Origin: Candidatus Parcubacteria bacterium
GTDB lineage: Bacteria; Patescibacteriota; Minisyncoccia; Minisyncoccales; JAGMDC01
DNA length: 41,363 nt
Reading direction: 5' to 3'
Assembly: GCA_023131895.1 (NCBI GenBank)
Contig: JAGLYZ010000002.1
Coordinates: 1 to 41,363, forward strand
The notes beneath the pieces are model-generated. The model did no database searches. It was not told where the DNA came from and was given only the letters and a program-made list of their open reading frames with translations. The translations under genes were made by a program, and so were the position numbers. Positions within the stretch are counted from its first letter, which is position 1, and each line of letters opens with the position of its first letter. Shown piece by piece: positions 23,950 to 31,786 of this stretch.

Positions 23950-24450
23950 ATGGATAAAACAGAAGAGAAAATATTAAAAACCATAAAAGAATTTGCTAAA
24001 AAATTACCAAAATTTCCAGATGGGAGAATTGATTACTCAAATTCTGATATTGCTCCGGTAATAACTGTTTTTATAAAATATAAAGATAAGATTCTTTTAC
24101 TGAAGCGAAGTAATAAAGTCCGTGTATATCAAGAAAAATGGAATACAATTGCTGGATATCTTGATGAAATAAAACCTGTTCGTGAAAAAATCGTAGAGGA
24201 GATTAAAGAAGAGATAGGAATTAGCGAAGATAATATTTCATCAATTCACATAGGAGAACCTTATGAATTTACAGATGCTGAAGTAAATAAAATTTGGATT
24301 GTTTGTCCTGTTTCGGTGGAATTAAGGAATGAACCAAATATAAAATTAGATTGGGAACACACCGAATATAAATGGATTAAACCAGAAGAATTAAAAAAGT
24401 TTGATGTAGTTTTTAATCTTGATAAAAGTTTAGAAAATGTATTTAAGTGA
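23950..24450 (+). CDS. NUDIX hydrolase
   Basis: Nudix-box-like segment AGYLDEIKPVREKIVEEIKEEIGI (Gx5Ex7REx2EExG pattern, slightly degenerate) with the typical flanking beta-strands. Confidence 0.65.
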   Translation: MDKTEEKILKTIKEFAKKLPKFPDGRIDYSNSDIAPVITVFIKYKDKILLLKRSNKVRVYQEKWNTIAGYLDEIKPVREKIVEEIKEEIGISEDNISSIHIGEPYEFTDAEVNKIWIVCPVSVELRNEPNIKLDWEHTEYKWIKPEELKKFDVVFNLDKSLENVFK

Positions 24451-24579
24451 ATGAATAAGTTTTATACAAAGAAAGAGATAGGTAAATATGGGTTTGTTAT
24501 ATTAGCTATACGGAAAAAGTTCAAATTCAAGCAATAGAGTGGATTTTTCGCCTGAATTTTGATATACTAAATATAAATT

Positions 24580-25788
24580 ATGTCTTTTTTAATTGGAAAA
24601 TTTAAAAAAATTATAATTGCATTTTTGATAATTATTGCAGTTTTGTTTAGTTTTGGGTTTGGATATTATTTTGGCGAAATTGAAGGAAAAAGGATGATTT
24701 CTCCTTCTGATGAATTGAATTTTTCTCTATTTTGGGAGGTTTATAATACTTTGAAAGAGAAATACGCGCATCCAGAAGATTTTAACAATGAAAAAATAAT
24801 TTACGGAGCGATTTCAGGCATGGTAGAAAGCTTAGGAGATCCTTATACGGTTTTTTTCAACCCTGAAGAAGCAAAGATATTTGAAGAAGATGTGAAAGGA
24901 GTATTTGAAGGCGTTGGCATGGAGATAGGAATAAGAGAGAAAGGTTTAACTGTAATTGCGCCATTAGAAGGAACTCCTGCGCAAAAAGCTGGATTAAGGC
25001 CAGGCGATAAAATTATAAAAATAGATGATATTTCTACTATTAATATAGCCATAGATGAGGCAGTAAAACTTATTAGAGGGCAAAAAGGGACTGAAGTATC
25101 TTTAACTATTTACAGAGAAGATTGGGGGGAGACAAAAGAAATCAAAATTGTAAGAGGCGTTATAAAGATACCGTCTTTGGCTTGGGAATTAATATCTTCC
25201 AGCGATGAAAGGCAGGATGACATTGCCCATATTAAGCTTTATCAGTTTTCTGAAAAAGCTGCTTATGATTTTAAAACAGCTGCCAGAGAGATTTTAGATT
25301 CATCTGCTGAAAGAATTATTTTGGACTTAAGAAATAATCCAGGCGGTTATTTAACCGTAGCCCAGGATATTACTGGATGGTTTTTGGAAAAAGGACAAAT
25401 TGTAACTATTGAAGATTTTGGCGAAGAAAAAGAGCAGAAACTATACAAAGCAAAGGGTCCAGAGAAGTTTTTATCATATCCAATAGTAGTTTTAATTAAT
25501 GAGGGTTCAGCTTCTGGTTCTGAAATTTTGGCTGGCGCTTTAAGAGACAATAGACAAGTAAAGCTGATTGGAGAAAAAACATTTGGAAAAGGAACGGTTC
25601 AATCCTTAGAATATTTGAGTGAGGGGAGCTTAAAGATTACTATAGCTAGTTGGCTTACTCCAAAGGGCGAGGTTTTAACTGATAAAGGATTAAAGCCGGA
25701 TATAAAAGTGGAAATGACATTAGAGGATTATGAACAGGGAAAAGACCCGCAATTAGAAAAGGCAGTTGAAATTTTAAAAGAAATGTAG
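24580..25788 (+). CDS. ctpA: S41 carboxy-terminal processing peptidase (PDZ domain)
   Basis: N-terminal TM helix, a PDZ domain (GLRPGDKIIKIDD), the catalytic-Ser region NEGSASGSEILAGALRD, and TFGKGTVQ. Confidence 0.9.
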   Translation: MSFLIGKFKKIIIAFLIIIAVLFSFGFGYYFGEIEGKRMISPSDELNFSLFWEVYNTLKEKYAHPEDFNNEKIIYGAISGMVESLGDPYTVFFNPEEAKIFEEDVKGVFEGVGMEIGIREKGLTVIAPLEGTPAQKAGLRPGDKIIKIDDISTINIAIDEAVKLIRGQKGTEVSLTIYREDWGETKEIKIVRGVIKIPSLAWELISSSDERQDDIAHIKLYQFSEKAAYDFKTAAREILDSSAERIILDLRNNPGGYLTVAQDITGWFLEKGQIVTIEDFGEEKEQKLYKAKGPEKFLSYPIVVLINEGSASGSEILAGALRDNRQVKLIGEKTFGKGTVQSLEYLSEGSLKITIASWLTPKGEVLTDKGLKPDIKVEMTLEDYEQGKDPQLEKAVEILKEM

Positions 25789-25828
25789 TAAAATAACTAA
25801 AAAGTTAAAACGAGATTTTTTCTAGCTC

Positions 25829-25932
25829 CGAAAACAAAATTTTTCAAATTCAGCCCCCCTTCGCCCTTTGGGCTTTGCCCTTCGGGCTTCGCCGCGCCCA
25901 AACCCCAGAATTTGAAAAATCTGTTTTCTTCG
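25829..25932. repeat. Intergenic inverted-repeat element, family copy C
   Basis: CGAAAACAAAATTTTTCAAATTCAG (25829-25853) is the imperfect inverse of CAGAATTTGAAAAATCTGTTTTCTTCG (25906-25932). The core is very GC-rich with small hairpins (GCCC-TTT-GGGC, GCCC-TTC-GGGC). The right arm carries TTGAAA-16-TATTAC just before rplI. Confidence 0.7.
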
Positions 25933-25943
25933 CTATTACGATT

Positions 25944-26390
25944 ATGCGAGTAATTCTTCTACAAGATATAGAAAAAATAGGAAAGAAATATGAAATTAAG
26001 GAGGTGGCAGACGGCTATGCCAGGAATTTCCTTATGCCCAAGGGATTGGTTAAGCTGGCAACAGAAAAAAATCTTAAGTGGCTGTCAGTGCAGAAAGAGA
26101 CATTAGAAAAGAAATCAGAAGAAGAGCTTAAAAATATTCAGGATACAGCTACAAAAATAGACGGATTAGAAATAACCATTACAGTTAAAACTGGAAAAGA
26201 GAAGCAGCTATTTGAATCAATAACCGCTCAAAAAATTTCTGATAAATTAAAAGAACTGGGTTTTGAAATTAAAAAATCTCAAATTGACTTGAAAGAACCA
26301 ATTAAAGAAATTGGCGAGTATCCAATTAAAATAAAACTTGAGCATAATTTAGAAGCAGAAATAAGAGTAATAGTCATTGAAGAGAGATAA
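25944..26390 (+). CDS. rplI: Ribosomal protein L9
   Basis: [35 protein letters not shown] is a canonical L9 N-terminus. The track ORF start (25875) runs through the repeat element and is not credible. Confidence 0.9.
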   Translation: MRVILLQDIEKIGKKYEIKEVADGYARNFLMPKGLVKLATEKNLKWLSVQKETLEKKSEEELKNIQDTATKIDGLEITITVKTGKEKQLFESITAQKISDKLKELGFEIKKSQIDLKEPIKEIGEYPIKIKLEHNLEAEIRVIVIEER

Positions 26391-26391
26391 T

Positions 26392-28011
26392 ATGCCAAGA
26401 CTTATTTTTATTGCCGGCGGTGTAATGTCAGGCATTGGCAAAGGGATAGCTACAGCATCAATAGGAAAAATTTTACAAAGTAAAGGATTTAGAGTAACAG
26501 CGGTTAAAATTGATCCATATATTAATATTGATGCGGGTACAATGAACCCTATTGAACATGGAGAGGTTTTTGTAACTGATGATGGCGTGGAATGCGATCA
26601 GGATATTGGAAATTACGAAAGATTTTTCAACGCAGATTTATCAACTATTAATTATATTACTACTGGCAGAGTTTATCAGGCAGTAATAAACAGAGAGAGA
26701 AATTTAGAATATGGAGGTAGATGTGTTGAAGTTGTCCCAGATATTCCCAATGAAGCCATTTCCAGAATATTAAAATCAGCCAAAAAGAACAAGGCTGATT
26801 TTGTTTTGGTTGAGATTGGAGGAACAGTAGGCGAGTACCAAAATATGTTGTTTTTAGAAGCAGCAAGATTGACAAAGCTTCGCTATCCAAAAAATGTTCT
26901 TTTTATTTTGGTAAGTTATTTGCCAATTCCAAAAATGATCGGCGAAATGAAAACAAAGCCAACACAGAACGCAGTAAGATTATTAAATGAGGCCGGCATA
27001 CAGCCAGATATTATTTTAGGCCGTTCCCAATTTCCATTAGATGAACCGAGGAAAAGAAAAATTTCAATTTTTTGCAATGTAAATATTAAAGATGTAATTT
27101 CTGCGCCTGATATTAAATCAATTTACGAGGTGCCAATGAATTTTGAAAAAGAGAAGTTAGGCAATCAGATTTTGAAAAAGTTTAATTTGAAGCCAAGAAA
27201 AAGTAATTTGGAAAAATGGGAGAAAATAGTAAAAATCATAAATAGAAAGAAAAAACCAGTTAAGATAGGAATAGTTGGCAAGTATTTTGAAACAGGGAAG
27301 TTTACGTTAATGGACTCTTATATTTCAGTAATTGAGGCAGTAAAGCATGCTTCGTGGTTTTATAACAGGGAGCCGGAGATTCATTGGATAGCAGCTGGAA
27401 GCTTTGAAAGAAATTCAAAATCTTTAAAAGAATTAAAAAAATATGACGGGATTATTGTTCCAGGAGGTTTTGGCAGTAGGGGAATAGAAGGTAAGATAAA
27501 AGCCATTGAGTTTTGCAGAAAAGAAAAAATCCCTTTTTTAGGGCTTTGTTTAGGAATGCAGTTAGCAGTAATTGAATTTGCGCGGAATGTCTGCGGTCTA
27601 AAAAAAGCAGGATCTACTGAATTTACATCTCATTGCCAAAAATCAATAATTGATGTAATGCCTGAACAAAAAGTTCTTTTGAAAGAAAAAAAATATGGCG
27701 GGACTATGCGGTTAGGCGCTTATAACTGCGAGCTAAAAACAGGCACTAAGAGCTGGAAGAGTTACAAGATGGTGAAATACATTTCTGAGCGCCATAGGCA
27801 CCGTTACGAGCTAAATAATGAGTTTAAGAACGTTTTAGAAAGCAACGGTATGCTTATGGCTGGTATAAATCCAGAAAAGGACTTGGTAGAAATTATAGAA
27901 TTAAAAAAACACCCTTTCTTTATCGGTGTGCAGTTTCATCCAGAATTTAAATCAAGATTTTTGAATCCCCATCCATTATTCAAAGAATTTATTAAGGCGT
28001 CTCTACATTGA
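26392..28011 (+). CDS. pyrG: CTP synthase
   Basis: [27 protein letters not shown], the glutaminase domain GLCLGMQ, and HRHRYE. The preferred start is ATG 26392 (MPRLIFI), 1 nt after the rplI stop. Confidence 0.95.
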   Translation: MPRLIFIAGGVMSGIGKGIATASIGKILQSKGFRVTAVKIDPYINIDAGTMNPIEHGEVFVTDDGVECDQDIGNYERFFNADLSTINYITTGRVYQAVINRERNLEYGGRCVEVVPDIPNEAISRILKSAKKNKADFVLVEIGGTVGEYQNMLFLEAARLTKLRYPKNVLFILVSYLPIPKMIGEMKTKPTQNAVRLLNEAGIQPDIILGRSQFPLDEPRKRKISIFCNVNIKDVISAPDIKSIYEVPMNFEKEKLGNQILKKFNLKPRKSNLEKWEKIVKIINRKKKPVKIGIVGKYFETGKFTLMDSYISVIEAVKHASWFYNREPEIHWIAAGSFERNSKSLKELKKYDGIIVPGGFGSRGIEGKIKAIEFCRKEKIPFLGLCLGMQLAVIEFARNVCGLKKAGSTEFTSHCQKSIIDVMPEQKVLLKEKKYGGTMRLGAYNCELKTGTKSWKSYKMVKYISERHRHRYELNNEFKNVLESNGMLMAGINPEKDLVEIIELKKHPFFIGVQFHPEFKSRFLNPHPLFKEFIKASLH

Positions 28012-28270
28012 CCTTTTTAACTATCCGCTGGCTTTTATCAAACTTTATTTTTCTTTTAGTAATAAACTTAACAATGCCTTCTTTAACAGCATAAAGGGTG
28101 TCATCGTTTCCTCGTCTGACATTTGTTCCAGGAAGAAACTTTGTTCCGCGCTGGCGAATAATAATACTGCCTGCATTTGCTTTCTGGCCGCTATAAAGCT
28201 TAACCCCTAAATATTTGGGCCTAGAATCTCTTCCTAATTTTGTTGCACCAGTTGCTTTTGTCTTAGACAT
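27992..28270 (-). CDS. rpmA: Ribosomal protein L27
   Basis: [20 protein letters not shown]...[16 protein letters not shown]. The 3' end overlaps the pyrG 3' end by 20 nt (convergent). Confidence 0.95.
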   Translation of the reverse strand: MSKTKATGATKLGRDSRPKYLGVKLYSGQKANAGSIIIRQRGTKFLPGTNVRRGNDDTLYAVKEGIVKFITKRKIKFDKSQRIVKKVNVETP

Positions 28271-28327
28271 GTTCCTTCACTTCGTTCAGTCAAGTTAAAA
28301 ATTAAAAGTGAAAAATTAAAAATTAAC
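28271..28327 (-). promoter_or_regulatory. T-tract leader module upstream of rpmA
   Basis: The minus strand reads GTTAATTTTTAATTTTTCACTTTTAATTTTTAACTTGACTGAACGAAGTGAAGGAAC-ATG. It is near-identical to the lysS leader over about 35 nt. Confidence 0.45.
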
Positions 28328-28382
28328 TTTAAACTTTTAACTATGACTTTTAACTTTTAATTTTGAACTTTAAACTATCTTT

Positions 28383-28559
28383 ATGTTATCAAAATTATTT
28401 CAATTTGTCAAACAAAATAGAGAAGATATTATATTAGTTATTGGAGTTATTTTAATTTCTTTGTTTTCTTTTGCTATGGGCTATATCGTGGCTAAGCAAG
28501 AAAATAAAGAACCAATTCAGTTTGAAATGACTAATGACCAATTTCTAATTTCCAATTAA
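28383..28559 (+). CDS. Possible 58-aa single-TM protein
   Basis: Manual translation gives MLSKLFQFVKQNREDIILVIGVILISLFSFAMGYIVAKQENKEPIQFEMTNDQFLISN*. One clear TM helix; a TAAACT hexamer lies 6 nt upstream of the ATG. It falls below the ORF-track length cutoff. Confidence 0.4.
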   Translation: MLSKLFQFVKQNREDIILVIGVILISLFSFAMGYIVAKQENKEPIQFEMTNDQFLISN

Positions 28560-28572
28560 TTTATCGCTTTAT

Positions 28573-28702
28573 GAACCAAATTTTTCAAATTTTTACGGTT
28601 TGCTCGGATTCCAAATTTTCCTTGCGCTTTACCCTAAAGGGCTCCGACGCGTCTTCGGAAAATTCAGAATCCTCACTAACCTAATTTGAAAAATTTGTTT
28701 TC
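28573..28702. repeat. Intergenic inverted-repeat element, family copy D
   Basis: GAACCAAATTTTTCAAATT (28573-28591) is the inverse of AATTTGAAAAATTTGTTTTC (28683-28702). A nested inverted repeat pairs GGATTCCAAATTTTCC (28606-28621) with GGAAAATTCAGAATCC (28657-28672). The centre is GC-rich. Confidence 0.7.
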
Positions 28703-28725
28703 AGAGCAAGAATTATTAATTTTTT

Positions 28726-29658
28726 ATGAGAATCGCTATTGTCGGAGCAGGTATTTCTGGATTGTATCTGGCATGGAAGCTTTCGAAAAAAGGTCACAAA
28801 GTAAGTGTTTTTGAAAAAAGGAATAAAATTGGAAAGGAGGCCTGTTCAGGACTTTTCAGCCATAGAATACTTAATTTTATTCCAGAAAGCAGAAAACTAA
28901 TCCAAAACGAAATAAGAGAAGTATTAGTCCATTTTCCAAGAAAAACCGTAAGATTGGTTTTTAAGCAAAGTTTTTTTGCAATGGATCATTACAAATTAGA
29001 CAATATGGCTGCTGAATTAGCTAAGCATGCAGGCGCAGAGATTTTTTTAAATCATAAAGTAGACCATATTCCTCAAGAATTTGACAAAATAATTGGATGC
29101 GATGGTCCTAATTCCATTATTAGGAAAGAACTCAATCTTTCAGAACCGCAATTTTTTCTGTCTATCCAAGGATTTTTAGAAAAAAAAGATGATTCTAATT
29201 GTGTTGAAACTTGGGCAACTAATTCTGGTTTTATTTGGAAAATTCCTAGAGGAGAAACAATAGAATATGGTATAATAGAAGATATAAAAAAAGCAAAGAA
29301 TTATTTTGATAACTTTTTAAAAGAAAAGAAAGTTTATTTAATAAGAAAAAAAGCAGGAATAATTCCGCAGACATTCAAGCCAATTATTCCTAAAAATTCT
29401 AAAATCACTCTTTGCGGCGATGCCATTGGCCTTACCAAGCCCTGGTCAGGCGGGGGAGTAATATGGTCTTTGATATGCGCTGATCTCCTCTTGAAGAATT
29501 TCCCAGATTTTATAAAATATAAAAAGGAAGTCAATAAGTTTTTTCTTCCTAAAATTATTTTTTCAAAAATAGTAAAAAAAACAGTTTATTTTTCCGGAAG
29601 AAATTTTCCATGGCTTCTGCCAAAAGAAGTTAACATAGAAGGAGATTTTTTGTTTTAA
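28726..29658 (+). CDS. FAD-dependent oxidoreductase, geranylgeranyl-reductase-like
   Basis: N-terminal Rossmann motif IAIVGAGISGLYLAWKLSKKGHKVSVFEKR and a GGR-type GDAIGLTKPWSGGGV motif. Confidence 0.7.
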   Translation: MRIAIVGAGISGLYLAWKLSKKGHKVSVFEKRNKIGKEACSGLFSHRILNFIPESRKLIQNEIREVLVHFPRKTVRLVFKQSFFAMDHYKLDNMAAELAKHAGAEIFLNHKVDHIPQEFDKIIGCDGPNSIIRKELNLSEPQFFLSIQGFLEKKDDSNCVETWATNSGFIWKIPRGETIEYGIIEDIKKAKNYFDNFLKEKKVYLIRKKAGIIPQTFKPIIPKNSKITLCGDAIGLTKPWSGGGVIWSLICADLLLKNFPDFIKYKKEVNKFFLPKIIFSKIVKKTVYFSGRNFPWLLPKEVNIEGDFLF

Positions 29659-29670
29659 TCATTTAGTCAA

Positions 29671-30345
29671 ATGAAAAAGAAGACACCTCATCATTTAGGC
29701 ATTATTTTAGATGGCAATAGAAGATGGGCAAAAGAAAGGAACTTGCCTGTTTTTGAGGGTCATAAAAAGGGCAGGGAAAAGGTGAAAAAAATTATAAAGG
29801 CTTGTAAAAACAAAGGAATAAAAATTCTAACATTATTTGTTTTTTCTACTGAAAATTGGAAAAGACCAAAAAAAGAAGTTGATTATTTAATGGAACTGAT
29901 TAAAGGCATTATAGGTCTTAAAGAGCTTGACAAACAAGGAATTAAGGTTGTAGTAATTGGTCAGAAAGAGAAATTATCCAATGGCATTCAAAAGGTGATA
30001 GAGAATGCTGAAAAAATTACTAAGAACAACAAGGCAATGATTTTAAATATAGCCTTAAGCTACGGAGGCAGGGCGGAAATCGTTGAAGCAATAAAAAATA
30101 TAATTAAAAAGAAAATTTCTTTAGAAAAAATTGATGAAAATATAATTTCCAAAAATCTTTGGACATCCGACCTTGATTTAATTATCAGGACTGGCAAAGA
30201 GAAACGGATTTCTAATTTTTTAATCTGGCAGGCAGCCTATTCTGAAATTTTCTTTTTTGATAAATATTGGCCTGATTTTACTGAAAAGGATTTAGATAAA
30301 GCTATTAATGAATATTCTCGCCACCTTCGCCGCTTCGGGGAGTAA
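29671..30345 (+). CDS. uppS: Undecaprenyl-diphosphate synthase (cis-prenyltransferase)
   Basis: HLGIILDGNRRWAKERNL, FVFSTENWKRP, IRTGKEKRISNFLIWQAAYSE, and a C-terminal RRFG. Confidence 0.92.
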   Translation: MKKKTPHHLGIILDGNRRWAKERNLPVFEGHKKGREKVKKIIKACKNKGIKILTLFVFSTENWKRPKKEVDYLMELIKGIIGLKELDKQGIKVVVIGQKEKLSNGIQKVIENAEKITKNNKAMILNIALSYGGRAEIVEAIKNIIKKKISLEKIDENIISKNLWTSDLDLIIRTGKEKRISNFLIWQAAYSEIFFFDKYWPDFTEKDLDKAINEYSRHLRRFGE

Positions 30346-30408
30346 ATGTTTCATCACAAATCAGTACGATCGTTTTAATTTGTGACCGGGTTTAAAACGA
30401 AAAAAAGG

Positions 30409-30437
30409 GGCTCGTTTAAATCTTGATTTAAACGAGC
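30409..30437 (-). terminator. Strong hairpin terminator, best on the minus strand and possibly bidirectional
   Basis: 12-bp perfect stem GCTCGTTTAAAT / ATTTAAACGAGC with a 5-nt loop. On the minus strand it is followed by CCCTTTTTTTCG. Confidence 0.7.
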
Positions 30438-30445
30438 TTAACTCT

Positions 30446-30610
30446 TTATTTACAGCCTATTTTTTGTTCGTATTGCCACTGTTTCATCGTTCTTCCGAAA
30501 TACACACCGCGTTCTATTTCTGGATAATAGATTATGGTCATTTCTACCAAATAACCTATTTTCATAAGAAATTCTCCAAGATGCATCTTTAATTTAAAGA
30601 ACATTTTCAT
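30446..30610 (-). CDS. Orphan 54-aa protein with its own promoter, Shine-Dalgarno site and terminator
   Basis: MKMFFKLKMHLGEFLMKIGYLVEMTIIYYPEIERGVYFGRTMKQWQYEQKIGCK. AGGAGGTG lies 2 nt before the ATG at 30610. The track ORF (to 30658) would run through the Shine-Dalgarno site and promoter. Confidence 0.5.
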   Translation of the reverse strand: MKMFFKLKMHLGEFLMKIGYLVEMTIIYYPEIERGVYFGRTMKQWQYEQKIGCK

Positions 30611-30629
30611 TACACCTCCTATATTCAAA

Positions 30630-30658
30630 ATGATAACAGTAATTAATAAATTTGTCAA
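30630..30658 (-). promoter_or_regulatory. Sigma70 promoter TTGACA-17-TATCAT for the 54-aa ORF
   Basis: On the minus strand: TTGACA (30658-30653), a 17-nt spacer, and TATCAT (30635-30630). Confidence 0.55.
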
Positions 30659-30676
30659 ATTTTATATTGATTTACG

Positions 30677-30709
30677 AAAAAAACAGGGGATTTAACCTCT
30701 GTTTTTTTT
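30677..30709 (-). terminator. Hairpin flanked by A and T runs downstream of the recombinase gene
   Basis: AAAAAAACAGGGGATTTAACCTCTGTTTTTTTT. The 6-bp stem has a G.T pair on the plus strand, which becomes an A.C mismatch on the minus strand. T runs are present in both orientations. Confidence 0.45.
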
Positions 30710-30745
30710 ATTCTTTTAGAGGATGGTACTTCTTATTTTTATTAA

Positions 30746-31690
30746 TTAATCTTTGATACCATGATATTTTTGGTGTATTTCTTTTAGGTGAGGCTTGGTA
30801 ACGTGGGTATATATTTGAGTAGTAACTATATTACGATGGCCTAGAAACTCTTGTACAACTCTTAAATCAACACCTTTCATAAGTAGATCGGTTGCAAAAC
30901 TATGCCTAAGTGTGTGGCAGGAAGTGGTTATAGGGAGTCCGGCTAAAATAGCGTATTTTTTAACTGTACGTTCCATGCTTCTTACATTTAAACGAGTTCC
31001 AGGGTTTTTCCCTCTATAGTTTATAAATAGAGCTTTTTCTTTGTCATTACGTATCTCTAAATACTTTCTAAGCCAGTTAATAGTTCTTTCTGATAAATAA
31101 ACAGTTCGAGGATGACCTCCTTTGCCTATAATACTAATCTCTAATTCCTTAGTATCAGGTTTTATTTTAATTTGGTCTCGATTAAGATTTACTAATTCTG
31201 CAACTCTTAATCCTGTAGAAAAAAAGGTTTCTAAAATGGCTTTATCTCTCAGATCTCTTATATTTGAGGTCTTAGACGCGTCTAAAAGCTTTTTGACTTG
31301 TTCTAAAGTAAGAAAATTTACAGTTCTTTCTTCTTTTTCTTTAGGTAGTTTTATCTTTTCTGGTGGAAGAGATAAAATATCTTTTTCAGTGAAATAACTT
31401 AAAAGTGACCTTAAAGCAATTAAATAATAATTTTGTGTTGAACGTTTTAAAGGTTTTTTATCCTTCTGAAGATATTGGCGAGAAAGAAATAATCTATATT
31501 TCCAGATATGATCTGTTGTTAGTTCATGTGGTTTTATATTTTCTATTTTATTTATCTTTAGAAAATCAAAAAACTTTTTCAAAAATCTTGAATAGTTTTC
31601 TTGACTTTTATCAGAAAGACCTTTTTCTAACTCTAACCAATCTAAATAGTCAGAAAAGAGGACTTTAATAGGTTGGTCAATTTTGTTCAT
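30746..31690 (-). CDS. Tyrosine site-specific recombinase, XerC/XerD family
   Basis: 314 aa. N-terminal SAM-like core-binding domain; catalytic residues R (GLRVAEL), HxxR (HTLRHSFAT), and H..Y (LGHRNIVTTQIYTHV). Confidence 0.85.
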   Translation of the reverse strand: MNKIDQPIKVLFSDYLDWLELEKGLSDKSQENYSRFLKKFFDFLKINKIENIKPHELTTDHIWKYRLFLSRQYLQKDKKPLKRSTQNYYLIALRSLLSYFTEKDILSLPPEKIKLPKEKEERTVNFLTLEQVKKLLDASKTSNIRDLRDKAILETFFSTGLRVAELVNLNRDQIKIKPDTKELEISIIGKGGHPRTVYLSERTINWLRKYLEIRNDKEKALFINYRGKNPGTRLNVRSMERTVKKYAILAGLPITTSCHTLRHSFATDLLMKGVDLRVVQEFLGHRNIVTTQIYTHVTKPHLKEIHQKYHGIKD

Positions 31691-31734
31691 AGCTAATAGC
31701 CATTAAGGTACATTATACGACACGATATATATTA

Positions 31735-31763
31735 ATAATATAACAGCCAAATGGCTGTGTCAA
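31735..31763 (-). promoter_or_regulatory. Sigma70 promoter TTGACA-17-TATTAT upstream of the recombinase gene
   Basis: On the minus strand: TTGACA (31763-31758), a 17-nt spacer containing the hairpin CAGCC-ATTT-GGCTG, and TATTAT (31740-31735). A second perfect TATAAT lies at 31717-31712. Confidence 0.45.
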
Positions 31764-31786
31764 GCCCTTCTCTGCCGTATCTGCCA

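Noticed and set aside
25875-25943. N-terminal extension of the L9 ORF ([23 protein letters not shown])
   Set aside because: It reads through the GC-rich inverted-repeat element. The canonical L9 N-terminus begins at the ATG at 25944.
30425-30438. Possible att-like direct repeats flanking the recombinase islet (ATTTAAACGAGCTT at 30426 versus ATTTAAACAGCTTT at 32502)
   Set aside because: Only an 8-nt exact AT-rich match plus an indel, which is well within chance in this composition. Both copies are parts of terminator hairpins.
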